A stretch of DNA of 64,000 nucleotides from an uncultured Candidatus Binatia bacterium (GCA_965232605.1 CBDDQA010000006.1:159077-223076); one strand, 5' to 3'. Shown: positions 39,704 to 50,562, counted from the stretch's first letter. Program-made: numbers and translations. Notes: a model not told the origin generated them from the letters alone.

Positions 39704-39847
39704 CCCGACCCCACAGGTCTTTACGTGTCCCACGGGTCAAACGGGATATCCACACCCGTATTGAGGAGATGGGTCTCACCTATACGATCGTTATCCCGGT
39801 CTCCCCCGAGTCCCGTGAACTGTTTGTGCATGAGGTGAGGCCCGAGT

Positions 39848-40648
39848 TTGTGGCGTGAGGAGACAGTGCCAGTCGAACGGAGAAAAGCTGTGAGCGATAT
39901 CAAGCAATCCATACACGATCAGTTCGGTCGGGCAGCCGCCCAGTATAAAACCAGCCAGGTCCATGCCACGGGCGATGATTTGGCCCGGATTGCCAAGCTG
40001 GTGCAACAGCAGGAACCGCCGGACGTCCTGGATGCGGGCTGTGGAGCGGGCCATACCTCGATAGCCGTCGCACCACACAGCCGCCGGGTCGTCGCCCTTG
40101 ACCTCACCCCGCATATGCTGGAGCAGGTCGAGCAGTTGGCCGCCGAACGCGGCTTCTCCCATATCGAAACGCGCCAGGGCGATGTCGAACAGATTCCGTT
40201 CGCCGACAACAGCTTTGACCTTGTGGTCTCCCGCTATAGCGCCCATCACTGGCCGAACCCCCTGACGGCGCTCCAGGAATGCCATCGCGTGCTGAAGCCT
40301 GGCGGGCGGTTTATTCTGAGCGATATTATCTCGCCCGAAGAGCCGGCCTGCGACACCTTTTTACAAACGTTTGAACTCCTACGTGACGCCTCGCACGTCC
40401 GGGACCACACGGTGGCCCAGTGGCAGGCCATGTTTGAACGCAGCGGATTTCAGTCACGTGTCGTTTCCACCTGGCGCCTGCCGCTGGACTTTCAGGCCTG
40501 GACGGCACGGATGGCGACTCCGCCGGCACGAGTCGCCATGGTGCAGCACCTGTACGACAGCGCGCCCGAGGAAATCCGAACGGCTTTCGCGATTCAGGAC
40601 AATTACGATTTTGCCCTGTACGGGGCGCTGTTTGAGGCGACCCGCTAA
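39848..40648 (+). CDS. Class I SAM-dependent methyltransferase.
   Basis: VLDAGCGAGH motif I and acidic motif II. Confidence 0.8.
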   Translation: MWREETVPVERRKAVSDIKQSIHDQFGRAAAQYKTSQVHATGDDLARIAKLVQQQEPPDVLDAGCGAGHTSIAVAPHSRRVVALDLTPHMLEQVEQLAAERGFSHIETRQGDVEQIPFADNSFDLVVSRYSAHHWPNPLTALQECHRVLKPGGRFILSDIISPEEPACDTFLQTFELLRDASHVRDHTVAQWQAMFERSGFQSRVVSTWRLPLDFQAWTARMATPPARVAMVQHLYDSAPEEIRTAFAIQDNYDFALYGALFEATR

Positions 40649-40660
40649 CAGGAGGCGGCC

Positions 40661-41887
40661 ATGGGCACGATAGTCTTACGCGACGGCGTCATCTTCGACG
40701 GCCACAGTCCCGAGTTGCTTGACGGGGCGGACGTCCTGATCGAAGATGGTGCAATCAAGGAGGTTTCCGAGCGGCCGCTCAAGACCGCCGGCGCCCAGGA
40801 AATCCGTCTGGGCGGCCGTTTTCTCATGCCCGGTCTGATCGACGCCCACTTCCATGCCTATGCCGCCCGCGTCAATCTTCCCAGCCTGGACGATTGGCCC
40901 ATGTCGCTTCTGAGTCAACACGCCCGCACGCTGCTGGAAGACGCCCTCCAGCGTGGCTTTACCAGCATACGGGATGCGGCCGGAGCCGACTTCGGTCTGG
41001 CCGCCGCAATTGAGCAGGGCTTGATCAAGGGGCCCCGTCTGTTTTTCTCGGGCCGGGCCCTGAGCCAGACCGGCGGGCATGGCGATACGCGGCCGGTCAA
41101 ACATTTTGAGCCGTGCGCCTGCGGGTTTCAGGGCTGTCTGTCACAGGTCGCCGACGGGGTGGACGCGGTCCGTCGGGCGGCCCGGGAAGAGCTGCGCAAA
41201 GGGGCACATCAGATCAAGATCATGGCCACGGGCGGCCTCTCCTCACCGACCGACCCGGTGTGGATGCTGCAATACTCGGACGAGGAAATCCGCGCCGCGG
41301 TCGAAGAGGCGGCCTCGCGGCGCACCTATGTCATGGCCCACGCCTACACCGCGGAAGCCATTGCCCGCGTCGTCAAGCTGGGAGTGCGCTCAATCGAGCA
41401 CGCCAACCTGATCGACCAACCAACCGCAGAACTGGTCGCCCAGCACGGAGCCTATGTCGTCCCCACCCTGGTGACGTATGAAACCCTCGGAGAGCTGGGC
41501 AAGGAGTTGGGCCTGCCCGAGGGCAATATCGTCAAGCTGAAAGAAATTCAGACCGCGGGCCTGACCTCGCTTGAGCTGTGTCAGGCGGCCGGGATCAAGC
41601 TGGGCTACGGAACCGATCTGCTGGGGCCCCTCCACGCCCAGCAGTGCCGCGAGTTCCTGATCCGGCGGGAGGTCCTCAACCCCATCGACATCCTGCGCTC
41701 AGCAACGACGATCAACGCCGAAATCCTGAACCAGTCGGGAAAACTTGGAACGGTTGCTCCGGGAGCGTACGCCGACCTGGTTGTGTTTGATGGCAACCCG
41801 CTTGAAGACCTCGGTGTCTTACAGCCCGAGGCCGGCGGGCCGCGGCTGGTTATGAAGGCCGGCGCGATCTACAAGAACTCGTTGTGA
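40661..41887 (+). CDS. Metal-dependent amidohydrolase family protein.
   Basis: PGLIDAHFH metal-binding motif. Confidence 0.85.
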   Translation: MGTIVLRDGVIFDGHSPELLDGADVLIEDGAIKEVSERPLKTAGAQEIRLGGRFLMPGLIDAHFHAYAARVNLPSLDDWPMSLLSQHARTLLEDALQRGFTSIRDAAGADFGLAAAIEQGLIKGPRLFFSGRALSQTGGHGDTRPVKHFEPCACGFQGCLSQVADGVDAVRRAAREELRKGAHQIKIMATGGLSSPTDPVWMLQYSDEEIRAAVEEAASRRTYVMAHAYTAEAIARVVKLGVRSIEHANLIDQPTAELVAQHGAYVVPTLVTYETLGELGKELGLPEGNIVKLKEIQTAGLTSLELCQAAGIKLGYGTDLLGPLHAQQCREFLIRREVLNPIDILRSATTINAEILNQSGKLGTVAPGAYADLVVFDGNPLEDLGVLQPEAGGPRLVMKAGAIYKNSL

Positions 41888-41899
41888 TGATACGGTTTA

Positions 41900-42101
41900 T
41901 CCGCAACTAACGGGAGGCCGCTTGTTCCGAGCGCCCTTCGCCTGGGCTCAGTAAGTAGGTCGGATTAGCGTAGCGTAATCCGACAAGGACGAGCTGTCGG
42001 CTTACGCCTGCGGCTAACCCGACCTACAAGGCTGCTGGCGGATCAAGTCCGGCATGACGAGAGCGTACCGGTACGGTTACAACTTATCGTGAAACGCTCT
42101 A
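41900..42101. repeat. REP/MITE-like element copy (hairpin gtcggattagcgtagcgtaatccgac plus the shared terminal block), in a convergent gap.
   Basis: See 33400-33535. Confidence 0.55.
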
Positions 42102-42593
42102 GCCTTCGACCTGTTCGGCGAGTCGCTGGGCCGTATCAATCAAGGGCTGGGTCAGGGCCGCCACCTCGGGATCGGCACACATTATAATCTTGTCCGGGTC
42201 CGCAGCGAGCGGGTCAACGTCCACATGGCGGTGCGCAATGCGCCACTGTCCGTCCTGTTTCACCAAGCGGTCCACGTAGCGCCCCTGGCCAAATATCTTA
42301 TACCCGCCTGGGGTCGCCAGCGCGGCCAGGACGCTGACCTGTCCGGTCGCTTCGTTCCCGTTGACCTCATACAGTAAATTGCTGGTCATATGCCGACAGC
42401 GAATCTCCCGCACGTGCACGCGGGCATACTCGCGCAGGGCCGCGTGGCCGCGCACCACCCAGGTTGCGACCTGAAAGCCTCCGTTGGGGGTGAAGCACTG
42501 CACCCAGGCTTCCGGCTCCAGATTGTCTATCGCATGCGCATAGCGAGCACACAATTCTTGGATAGCGAGTTTCTCGATCCAGGTCTGTTCCAT
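42099..42593 (-). CDS. NTF2-like (SnoaL/ring-hydroxylating beta-subunit-like fold) protein.
   Basis: ~165-aa NTF2-like pattern. Start uncertain. Confidence 0.55.
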   Translation of the reverse strand: MEQTWIEKLAIQELCARYAHAIDNLEPEAWVQCFTPNGGFQVATWVVRGHAALREYARVHVREIRCRHMTSNLLYEVNGNEATGQVSVLAALATPGGYKIFGQGRYVDRLVKQDGQWRIAHRHVDVDPLAADPDKIIMCADPEVAALTQPLIDTAQRLAEQVEG

Positions 42594-42700
42594 ACCGCAC
42601 CTCTCTTTCTTCCCACTCTCTTTCATGAAGACAGCGCCGGATTCAAGAGTTGTTGCGAGCGAAAGAGGAATGGTGCTAGGGATCGGACGGAAGGATCTCT

Positions 42701-43714
42701 GTGATGAATCGTTTCGGTATCTCTATGGGCATCAGTCCCCGCGAGCCGCTCGTCAGGGTCGGAGAGGTAGCCAAAGCAATTGAGGAGAGGGGGTTCGAGG
42801 CCCTGTGGTTCATTGATTTTCAGCTCGGCCTGAAGGATGTCTATACGGGCATGTCTCTTGCCGCTCTGGCGACCGAAAAGATCGCCATCGGTCCGGCGGT
42901 GACGAATGTGATCACCCGGCACCCAACCGTCACTGCCAACGCCATAACCGCCCTGGATGAGCTTTCGGAGGAGCGCGCCCTGTTGGGACTGGGCGTGGGT
43001 TGGTCGGCCGTACAGGCGGCTGGCTATAAACCGTCTACTGTGAACGAGGTCCGCGCCGGGATACACGCATTCCGTCAGATGTTTACCAGCGAGGAGGTCG
43101 CCCTGTACGGGACGCGCGTTCAGCTTGCGACCGCTCGCCGTCAGATTCCGCTCTACCTGGCGGCGGCCCAGCCGCGCATGCTCCGCTTGTGCGGCGAAAC
43201 CTGCGACGGGCTCATCCTCATGGGAGCCGCCGAGCCTGAGTTTTGCAACTGGCAGATCAACTCTCTGTATGAAGGTTTGGAGAAGGCGGGCCGAAAGCGG
43301 AGTGAGCTGACCATCGACCTGTTTGTGGCGATGAGCATCAACGAGGATGAAAACCTGGCTCTCAATGATGTCCGCGCCTGGGCCACCAGTCAGGCCGCAA
43401 CCTTCTCTACCTGGAAACATCTGCCCCCGACCTGGGAGCGCTTTCGGCCAGAGTTCGAGCGCGCGGCGCGGCACTACCAGTTGGTTGAGCACCTGTCCTT
43501 ACGAGCCGGTCACAAAGAAATCGTGAGTGATGAGTTTGTGCAGTCCGTCGCTATTGCGGGTAATAGGCGCACGTGTATCGATCGACTGCACGAGTTGGCC
43601 CGGCTTGATATTGACCGGATTACGTTTGCTCTCCTGTCTGGGGGACGGATACGCCGCTTAGACGAGTTGGCAAACCATGTGATGCCCGCCCTTGCCGGGG
43701 TCGAGCCAAGCTGA
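42701..43714 (+). CDS. LLM-class flavin/F420-dependent oxidoreductase, copy 3.
   Basis: LLM signature. Confidence 0.85.
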   Translation: MMNRFGISMGISPREPLVRVGEVAKAIEERGFEALWFIDFQLGLKDVYTGMSLAALATEKIAIGPAVTNVITRHPTVTANAITALDELSEERALLGLGVGWSAVQAAGYKPSTVNEVRAGIHAFRQMFTSEEVALYGTRVQLATARRQIPLYLAAAQPRMLRLCGETCDGLILMGAAEPEFCNWQINSLYEGLEKAGRKRSELTIDLFVAMSINEDENLALNDVRAWATSQAATFSTWKHLPPTWERFRPEFERAARHYQLVEHLSLRAGHKEIVSDEFVQSVAIAGNRRTCIDRLHELARLDIDRITFALLSGGRIRRLDELANHVMPALAGVEPS

Positions 43715-43717
43715 GTG

Positions 43718-44056
43718 TCAGGTCAGTGGGATAAAATCGTATTCGCCGGTCTGCAAAACCAGGAACACCACCGACTCCTCCCCAGCGTTCGTCACCAGGT
43801 GGGGACGGCGTGGGGCCACTGCGTATGTCTCACCGGGTGCCAGATAGATGTCTTCTTTGGGGTCTCGCATAAATATACGCAGGCGGCCGTGGAGAACGTA
43901 GAAGGTGTCCTGGACCTCGGTGTGGCAGTGCCAGGGAACTTTCTGGCTTGGGCTGAGTTGCAGTTCGGCGATCTGAAATCCCGGTCGCTCGGCGTGATAG
44001 ACCAGGCGCTCAACGTCCAATAGAGAACTCGGATTCTTGATCGGTTCCGTTTTCAT
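43718..44056 (-). CDS. Cupin-domain protein.
   Basis: H.H....E...H cupin motifs. Internal start at the ATG at 44056. Confidence 0.7.
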   Translation of the reverse strand: MKTEPIKNPSSLLDVERLVYHAERPGFQIAELQLSPSQKVPWHCHTEVQDTFYVLHGRLRIFMRDPKEDIYLAPGETYAVAPRRPHLVTNAGEESVVFLVLQTGEYDFIPLT

Positions 44057-44247
44057 TGGCGTGTTCCTCGTTGACTCGATCTCATGCGTAGATAAACCAT
44101 GAGCAACGGACAAGGCAACGCTGACCGCACCATGACATTCTGTCCGGCTTTGCAATCCCGTACGGGCTTGCATTATCCTGTGTCCGGAAATTGTCCACTC
44201 AGCCCCGCTCTGTCTGAAAAGGGAGAGCAAAATAAGGAGGTGTGCGC

Positions 44248-44697
44248 ATGAAAAAAGAAGCGATCAATCCCGATAATGTCTGGAAGCCGGAAGACTACTT
44301 CAATATCTACCACTCTCCCGGTTTGCCCACGGTTCCGCCCGAAAAATCGGGCTGGGAACAAGCCGTCAAAAAGGGCAACTGGCTGTTCATCTCGGGCCAG
44401 ACGCCGACCACGCCGGACGGAAAAACGGTTGCCACCGATATGCACGCCCAACTCCGACAGGCGCTGCAAAATACCCGGAATATTGTCGAGAGCGTGGGCG
44501 GCACGATGGATGACATTGTTTCGATCCGCTACTACTTCAAGGCCGGGTATATGGAGGAGGGGCTGGCCGCGCTGCGGGATTTGGGCGGCGAGTATTTTCA
44601 GAGCCCCTACCCCTCCACGACCTGCGTCGAAGTCGTGCGGGTGGCCTGGGCCGACCATCATTTGGAGATTGAGGCCATTGCCATGCTGGATGCGTGA
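44248..44697 (+). CDS. RidA/YjgF family protein.
   Basis: Family-wide similarity. AGGAGG RBS. Confidence 0.85.
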   Translation: MKKEAINPDNVWKPEDYFNIYHSPGLPTVPPEKSGWEQAVKKGNWLFISGQTPTTPDGKTVATDMHAQLRQALQNTRNIVESVGGTMDDIVSIRYYFKAGYMEEGLAALRDLGGEYFQSPYPSTTCVEVVRVAWADHHLEIEAIAMLDA

Positions 44698-44717
44698 GGA
44701 GAATTCTCTCTACAGTC

Positions 44718-45515
44718 TCAGTCGGTAAAGGTCGCTTCGACGCGTCCGAGCGGACCAAAGTCGCCCAGCACCCGGACACCCGGAGCGATACCAGTCGGCT
44801 GGATACACGTTCCCGTCGTCACGATCTGTCCGGCCTTGAGACCGTCTGCCCGGACCGTGAGTTCATTGGCCAGCCAGGTGAGGGCAATACGTGGGTCGCC
44901 GAGCACGTTGGCACCGCTGCCCTCGCCAGCCCGGACCCCGTTCAGGCTGAGCCGGACGGGATGGGCGGCAAGGTCAATCGTTCGCCAGTCAGCTGCGGCC
45001 GCGCTTCCCCATACGAACAGCCCGGCGCAGGCACTGTCCGCGATGAGCTGGGCGGGGCCGGCGATGCTGAAATCCAGAAATCGCGAGTCGGGAACCTCGA
45101 TGGCCGGATGCAGGCTCGCCACACTGGCCAGAACCTCGTCCAGCGCGTACTCATGACCGCGCGGTGGCAGGTCACGCGCCAGACGGAAGGCAAACTCAAG
45201 CTCCACCACGCGCATCCCATTCGCACCGAGCGAGAGCGTTGCCGGGCTCCGGTCGATCTTCCCCGCCAGCAGCCGCCCGGCCAGCGGCCCGTCCACCCCA
45301 ATATGCGCCTGTCCGGCCTGACTGGTGGCGGCAATCTTCCAGCCTGAAACGGACTGCCCCGAATTGCTGGCCAGCCTGGCCTGAACCGCATACCCGTCCT
45401 TGATGGTCAGCGGCCGACACGCCTCGGGTAGTCGTTCGAGCTTGCGGCCAGCCTGCCAGGCGTCCCAGAGTAACTGGGCCGCCTCTTGTATTTGTGCGTG
45501 GTCCATACGTTTCAT
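44718..45515 (-). CDS. 2-keto-4-pentenoate hydratase (MhpD/FAH-fold) family protein.
   Basis: Family-wide similarity, 265 aa. Confidence 0.8.
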   Translation of the reverse strand: MKRMDHAQIQEAAQLLWDAWQAGRKLERLPEACRPLTIKDGYAVQARLASNSGQSVSGWKIAATSQAGQAHIGVDGPLAGRLLAGKIDRSPATLSLGANGMRVVELEFAFRLARDLPPRGHEYALDEVLASVASLHPAIEVPDSRFLDFSIAGPAQLIADSACAGLFVWGSAAAADWRTIDLAAHPVRLSLNGVRAGEGSGANVLGDPRIALTWLANELTVRADGLKAGQIVTTGTCIQPTGIAPGVRVLGDFGPLGRVEATFTD

Positions 45516-45559
45516 CCATTCTCAATACGGAATCATGGGAAGAGTCTCAGAGAGTCCTA

Positions 45560-46033
45560 CTATTGTGCAGCTTTTACTTGCCACTCCTTCGTAATCCGTT
45601 CCTCTTCTCCGCCAGGCGTCCAAATCACCAAGGCGTGCACCGGGTCCTTGGACTTTACCGTGTGCCGCGTCGTCGTGTTGGCTGGGACCAGACAGGCCAT
45701 GCCGGCGGTGAGCGTCTGTACCTTTCCCTCACTCGTTTGTTCCATCTCTCCGGACAGCATATAAAAAGTTTCGGTCGACTGATGGATGTGGTTGGGCACA
45801 TCCACTCCGGGTGGCACGACTAAGTACCCGAGCGTGAGCTCGGTCGTCCCCCCGAGGTGTTGGTCAATCAGGATAGTCACTTCTGTCTTTGTGACCGGGT
45901 CGATATAGGTCGTTGCCTGGTCGGGGCGGACGAACCGTGACACCTCCTCGGCCGGGGCGGTTGGAACCATGAACCCGAGCCCCGCCAGTATCACAGCAAG
46001 ACTCGTCCAACGTGAGAGACACAGAATCGGCAT
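45560..46033 (-). CDS. Secreted cupin-domain protein.
   Basis: N-terminal signal peptide followed by cupin motifs. Confidence 0.6.
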   Translation of the reverse strand: MPILCLSRWTSLAVILAGLGFMVPTAPAEEVSRFVRPDQATTYIDPVTKTEVTILIDQHLGGTTELTLGYLVVPPGVDVPNHIHQSTETFYMLSGEMEQTSEGKVQTLTAGMACLVPANTTTRHTVKSKDPVHALVIWTPGGEEERITKEWQVKAAQ

Positions 46034-46168
46034 CGTTGAAATCTCCTTTTGACATTCACTCCCGTTTGGCGGGATAATACCGACCAGCCAACACCGGAAG
46101 CGCTCAGGGCCAGCTTAGGACGATCACTCGGGCGACGGCAAGAGCCGTGCAGAACAGGAGGGGTTCTT

Positions 46169-47281
46169 ATGGCCGGCAAAGATAGCAGCGATCGCAGCCT
46201 GCGTATCGCCTCAATGAAAACCATGCTGGATTATCACTGGATGTTTCTACGCACCCTCTCGTCTTCGGTCCGGGAGTATCTGGGCGAGGCCGGTCTGGCA
46301 GCACTTGAGCGCGGCTTCCGACGGGCGGGGTATTATCGCGGCCAACGCATACGCGACCGCCCAGAGACCTTTGCCGAAGGACGCGACACGCTGGCGCTGA
46401 TCCGCCACTGGGATATGGGTGAACATGCCATGGCCGCGGAGACGGGGTCGTTTGCCGTCAGCGGCACCGGGGCGCGGGCGACCGTCACCCTGCCCCACGT
46501 TCCCGGCGCGGATTACTTCAGCGCTCACGTCGGGGGTGACATACTCGAGCCCTATTGGCGCAATACCCTGGCGGGTATTGCCGAAGGCTATGATGCGGCA
46601 ACCGGGGTCGAGTGCTCTGCCGTGACGTCAGACCTGAACACGCCGTGGCAGCTTACCTGGACCTACCAGGGCGAAGCTGAAGATGTCGCAGCCGAGCCAC
46701 CGGAGGATGTTTTCGCCCAGCCGGCCAAGGCCATCCAGCTCACCCGCAGTACCTTTGCCGCGTTTGCCGTGATGCAGATGTATGTCGGCTTTGAGCTGAT
46801 TGACCGGTTTGACGCCTCGGGCGAGCGGGCGCTGCGTGAGGCCCTGTATCAGTTCGGGGTCGAGCGCGGCCAAGGCATGCGCGAACAGGCGCTGAGCCAG
46901 GGGCGACCGCTGGACTTTCAGTCCTGGTTCGAGGTGCTCCAGGAACGCGACCCGGCCGAGTCGGTTTTCGTTTTTCGCGGCGATACCCGTATCTCCCCCG
47001 GCGTCATGCAGGCCGAGTGTACCTATTGCCCGCTGGCCGAGGTCTGGTCGGAAGAAGGTGAGCGGGGGCTGAAGCTGGGCTATATGTACGATGTCGAGGT
47101 CCACCGGGGTCTGGTGGAATCCTATCATCCGGGTGGTCGGATTGGCTGGAATACGGTCAAGACCCGCGGGGATCGGACGTGCAAATTCCATTTCTCAATC
47201 CCGGACCTGGTGACGGCCGATGATCCCGATTGGGCCCAGCCCCGCCGAACAAAACCGGGCCAGGCTCAACCAAAAAGCTGA
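46169..47281 (+). CDS. ATC-hydrolase-family protein, long form.
   Basis: C-terminal AECTYCPLAEVW...GLKLGYMYDVEVHRG...TRGDRTCKFHF parallels the 9485-10036 protein. AGGAGG RBS. Confidence 0.55.
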   Translation: MAGKDSSDRSLRIASMKTMLDYHWMFLRTLSSSVREYLGEAGLAALERGFRRAGYYRGQRIRDRPETFAEGRDTLALIRHWDMGEHAMAAETGSFAVSGTGARATVTLPHVPGADYFSAHVGGDILEPYWRNTLAGIAEGYDAATGVECSAVTSDLNTPWQLTWTYQGEAEDVAAEPPEDVFAQPAKAIQLTRSTFAAFAVMQMYVGFELIDRFDASGERALREALYQFGVERGQGMREQALSQGRPLDFQSWFEVLQERDPAESVFVFRGDTRISPGVMQAECTYCPLAEVWSEEGERGLKLGYMYDVEVHRGLVESYHPGGRIGWNTVKTRGDRTCKFHFSIPDLVTADDPDWAQPRRTKPGQAQPKS

Positions 47282-47317
47282 ACGACGTGGTTCATGACCG
47301 CGTAGAGGAGGCGCATC

Positions 47318-48256
47318 ATGCTCGATATGCTCGACAACCCCGTTCCGTGGCCCGACGGCGCGCGCTGCGCAGCATCCATCACGTTCGACATGGATACGGA
47401 CAGCGCCCTGCACCTGTCGCATGCCGACGCCTACAAACGAGTGGCCGCCCTGTCGTGGTTACGCTACGACGAGGTGGCGGTGCCGCGGATCGTGAAGCTG
47501 TTTAACCACTATCATATCAAGGGAACCTTTTTCGTACCGGGCTGGTGCGTTGAACGCTATCCGGCCACGGTCGAGCCGATTGTCGCCAGTGGCCACGAAC
47601 TGGCCTATCACGGCTATTTGCACGAGAACCCCATGGACCAGACCCGCGAGGGCGAACGCTACTGGTTGGAGCGCAGCATTGAGGCGATCGAGCGGCTCAG
47701 CGGCAAACGACCGGCCGGCGGGCGGGCGCCGTATTACAATTACTCGCCCCACTCCACCGGGCTGCTGGCCCAGGCCGGCTTTGTGTATGATTCGAGTCTC
47801 ATGGCTGACAGCCAGCCCTACGTCATGCGCGCGCCCGAGGGCGAGGTCATCGAACTGCCGACCGACTGGGCCATGGACGACTGGCCGCAATACGCGCATA
47901 GCCCGGACTTTCGGTATCTGATGCCGACGCGCGCGCCGGATAAAGCCATGGAAATTTTCATGGCCGAGTTCGAGGCGGCTTATGCGTGCGGCGGCCTGTG
48001 GGTCACGGTCTGGCATCCGTTCGTGACCGGGCGGCTGGCTCGCCTGGCCGAAGTGGCAAAGATGATAGAAGCGATGCAAAACCGTGGCGACGTGTGGTTT
48101 GCCACCATGGAGGAAATCGCCCTGCACGTGCGGCGCTGTATTGCTGACGGAAGCTATACCCCGCGCGTTGTTGCCATGCCCTATTACGAGGAACCCATTC
48201 CGGAATTGACCGAGGGATTTCCCGCCGGCCTGGAACTCAGAAAACCGCGCGGTTAG
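47318..48256 (+). CDS. Polysaccharide deacetylase family protein (second copy).
   Basis: NodB-homology motifs. Confidence 0.8.
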   Translation: MLDMLDNPVPWPDGARCAASITFDMDTDSALHLSHADAYKRVAALSWLRYDEVAVPRIVKLFNHYHIKGTFFVPGWCVERYPATVEPIVASGHELAYHGYLHENPMDQTREGERYWLERSIEAIERLSGKRPAGGRAPYYNYSPHSTGLLAQAGFVYDSSLMADSQPYVMRAPEGEVIELPTDWAMDDWPQYAHSPDFRYLMPTRAPDKAMEIFMAEFEAAYACGGLWVTVWHPFVTGRLARLAEVAKMIEAMQNRGDVWFATMEEIALHVRRCIADGSYTPRVVAMPYYEEPIPELTEGFPAGLELRKPRG

Positions 48257-49662
48257 GCCGGACGCCGTTTGTGCCAGGCTGTGCTCTGCTCGTAGGCATA
48301 CGCCAGGTGCAGGACCGTCGCTTCCTCAAACGGTCGTCCGACAATCTGGAGCCCGACCGGGAGACCCTCGGGTGTAAGCCCGCACGGCACTGAAATGGCG
48401 GGCAGGCCGGTCATATTAAACGGTCGAGTTGCCCGAGCGATATGGGCCGCAACCGGGAATTCCTGGTCGCCTATGGTGACGGTCGGCTGGTCTATCCTGC
48501 TGGCCGCCAGGACGGTGGTCGGCGTCACCAACGCATCGACCTGGCCGAGCAGGTCGAGCATCTCCTGACATAACAGCGACCGAAAGCGTTGGGCCTTGAG
48601 ATATTGCGCGGCCGGCACGCAGGCGCCGAGCAACAGCCGGGTGCGTACGTCAGCGCCATAGTCCTGGCTGCGAGTCTGCATGGTCCGGGCATGAATCTCG
48701 TATGCCTCCGCGGCAATAATGGCGGTCGAGCTGGCAATCACATGTGGAATGCTGGGGATGGAGACGGCTTCGACGGTCGCCCCTAAGTCAGACAAATGCT
48801 GTATGGCGGCCTGCACCCTCTCCCGGACCGCCGGCTCAATATCGTCAAAAAAATACTCTTGTGGCACGCCGAGACGGAGCCCACGGATGTCCTCCTTCAG
48901 GGCCACCGCATAATCTGGCACCGCTACCGCGCTGGCGGTCGGGTCGTTGGGGTCGGGGCCGGCGATGGCGTGCAGCAATATGGCAGCATCGGCAACCGTT
49001 CTGACCATGGGGCCGACATGATCGCACGAATGGCTGAGCGGATAGACCCCGAACCGACTCACCCGCCCATACGTCGGTTTAAGACCCACGATGCCGCTCA
49101 GCGAGGCTGGGATACGGACCGAGCCGCCCGTATCTGTCCCGAGCGTTCCCAGGGCCAGGCCGGCCGCCATAGCTACCGCCGAGCCGCCGCTCGACCCACC
49201 GGGAAGACGCCTGCGGTCCCACGGGTTGCGGGGGGTGCCATAGTGCGGGTTGAGCGAGGTTCCACCCCAGGCGAACTCGTGCATATTGAGTTTTCCCAGC
49301 AATATCGTGCCGGCCTGCCGGAGGCGGGTGACGACCGTAGCGTCGCTCTCCGCGATATGGTCGGCCAGAATTTTTGAGCCGCAGGTCATGCGGACACCCT
49401 TGACCGCAAACAGGTCCTTGAGCGCGATGGGAATGCCGTGGAGCGGCCCTCTGTATTGCCCGTGCACGATTTCCTGTTCCGCGGCGCGTGCCGCGGCCAG
49501 CGCTGCGTCTCTCAATATGGTGAGATAGGCCAGGTATTCGTCATTCAGGCGGTTAATCCGGTCAAGATAAACCTGGGTCACCTCCAGGGGAGAGACTTCT
49601 TTCTTTTGGATGCGGGGCGCTAACTCGGCAATACTCGTAAAGGCGAACTCTTCAGCCTTCAT
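48253..49662 (-). CDS. Amidase-signature family enzyme (second copy).
   Basis: GGSSGGSAVA AS-signature. Confidence 0.9.
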   Translation of the reverse strand: MKAEEFAFTSIAELAPRIQKKEVSPLEVTQVYLDRINRLNDEYLAYLTILRDAALAAARAAEQEIVHGQYRGPLHGIPIALKDLFAVKGVRMTCGSKILADHIAESDATVVTRLRQAGTILLGKLNMHEFAWGGTSLNPHYGTPRNPWDRRRLPGGSSGGSAVAMAAGLALGTLGTDTGGSVRIPASLSGIVGLKPTYGRVSRFGVYPLSHSCDHVGPMVRTVADAAILLHAIAGPDPNDPTASAVAVPDYAVALKEDIRGLRLGVPQEYFFDDIEPAVRERVQAAIQHLSDLGATVEAVSIPSIPHVIASSTAIIAAEAYEIHARTMQTRSQDYGADVRTRLLLGACVPAAQYLKAQRFRSLLCQEMLDLLGQVDALVTPTTVLAASRIDQPTVTIGDQEFPVAAHIARATRPFNMTGLPAISVPCGLTPEGLPVGLQIVGRPFEEATVLHLAYAYEQSTAWHKRRPA

Positions 49663-49855
49663 GGCGTTCGCCCTCCGACATGACCAGGCGCACCGCCGGC
49701 TCTATATGGCTGAGGTTCAGCGCGTCCAGGGCGTCCAGGCCCGCGGACAATTGCCCATACAGCGTGGTCAGCTCTTCCAGAGCATCTTCGCTCAGCGGTT
49801 CCGCGAGCTTGTCTCGGAGAAGAGCAGCCACGAGTTCTCGATCTCTCATGTCCAT
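49652..49855 (-). CDS. GatC/AtzG-like mini-protein (~67 aa) upstream of and overlapping amidase 2.
   Basis: MDMRDRELVAALLRDKLAEPLSEDALEELT... GatC-like helix pattern. GAGGAAGG RBS. Confidence 0.55.
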   Translation of the reverse strand: MDMRDRELVAALLRDKLAEPLSEDALEELTTLYGQLSAGLDALDALNLSHIEPAVRLVMSEGERHEG

Positions 49856-49926
49856 TTCACCTTCCTCAGACGTTGTTGCCTGTGGATCAGCGCCGAGTGG
49901 TCCGGCGCCCAGATTTTGCGAGCTTG

Positions 49927-50514
49927 TCATTCTGAGAGGCGAAGGTAAAAAATGACAACAGGCATCTTCGCGAAGGGAAATTCTCTCAATACCGTCACCA
50001 CCTCGCCCAGATACTGCTGCAAGGTTTCCTGCGGGTGGGGATGCAGATGGATAAAGATAAACCCGCCACAGATGTCTGTGGTAACCCGAGTCAGAGCATA
50101 TTCCTTTTTTTCGAAATCAAAGAACATCTCCTCTTCCGGCACCCCGACCAGTTGGCCGTCTGGGGCATACGTCCAGCCGTGGAATTTGCACGTCAATTTC
50201 TGGCACGAACCCGACCCATGCCAAGCAAGCTTATTCCCTCGATGTTTACACACATTATGGAAAGCCCGCACCACGCCGTCCTGTCCGCGAACCACAAGAA
50301 TCGAGGTATTGCCCACGGCAAGGTCCTGAACAAAGTAGTCTCCGGCCTGCGAAATTTCTTCTACTCTTCCGACGTTGAGCCATACCCGCCGAAAGATCCG
50401 TTCACGTTCCAACTCAAAGTATTCCGGCGAAATATAGGATTCAATCGACGCTGGGCCGGTTCCCAGCTCAGGATATTGTGTGGTCCAGCGTGGCTTGTTG
50501 GTGGCAGGCTCCAT
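49927..50514 (-). pseudogene. Truncated Rieske oxygenase alpha subunit. The Rieske domain is intact but the catalytic domain is missing, and the ORF ends where the GatC-like/amidase cassette begins.
   Basis: The first 180 aa are near-identical to paralogs 1 and 2 (CKHRGNKL...CKFHGWTY). The sequence diverges and stops after FPFAKMP. Confidence 0.65.
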
Positions 50515-50562
50515 GCTCTCCCTCCTTATCTGAACGTGTTTTGAGGGGAACCTAGCGCCAGG

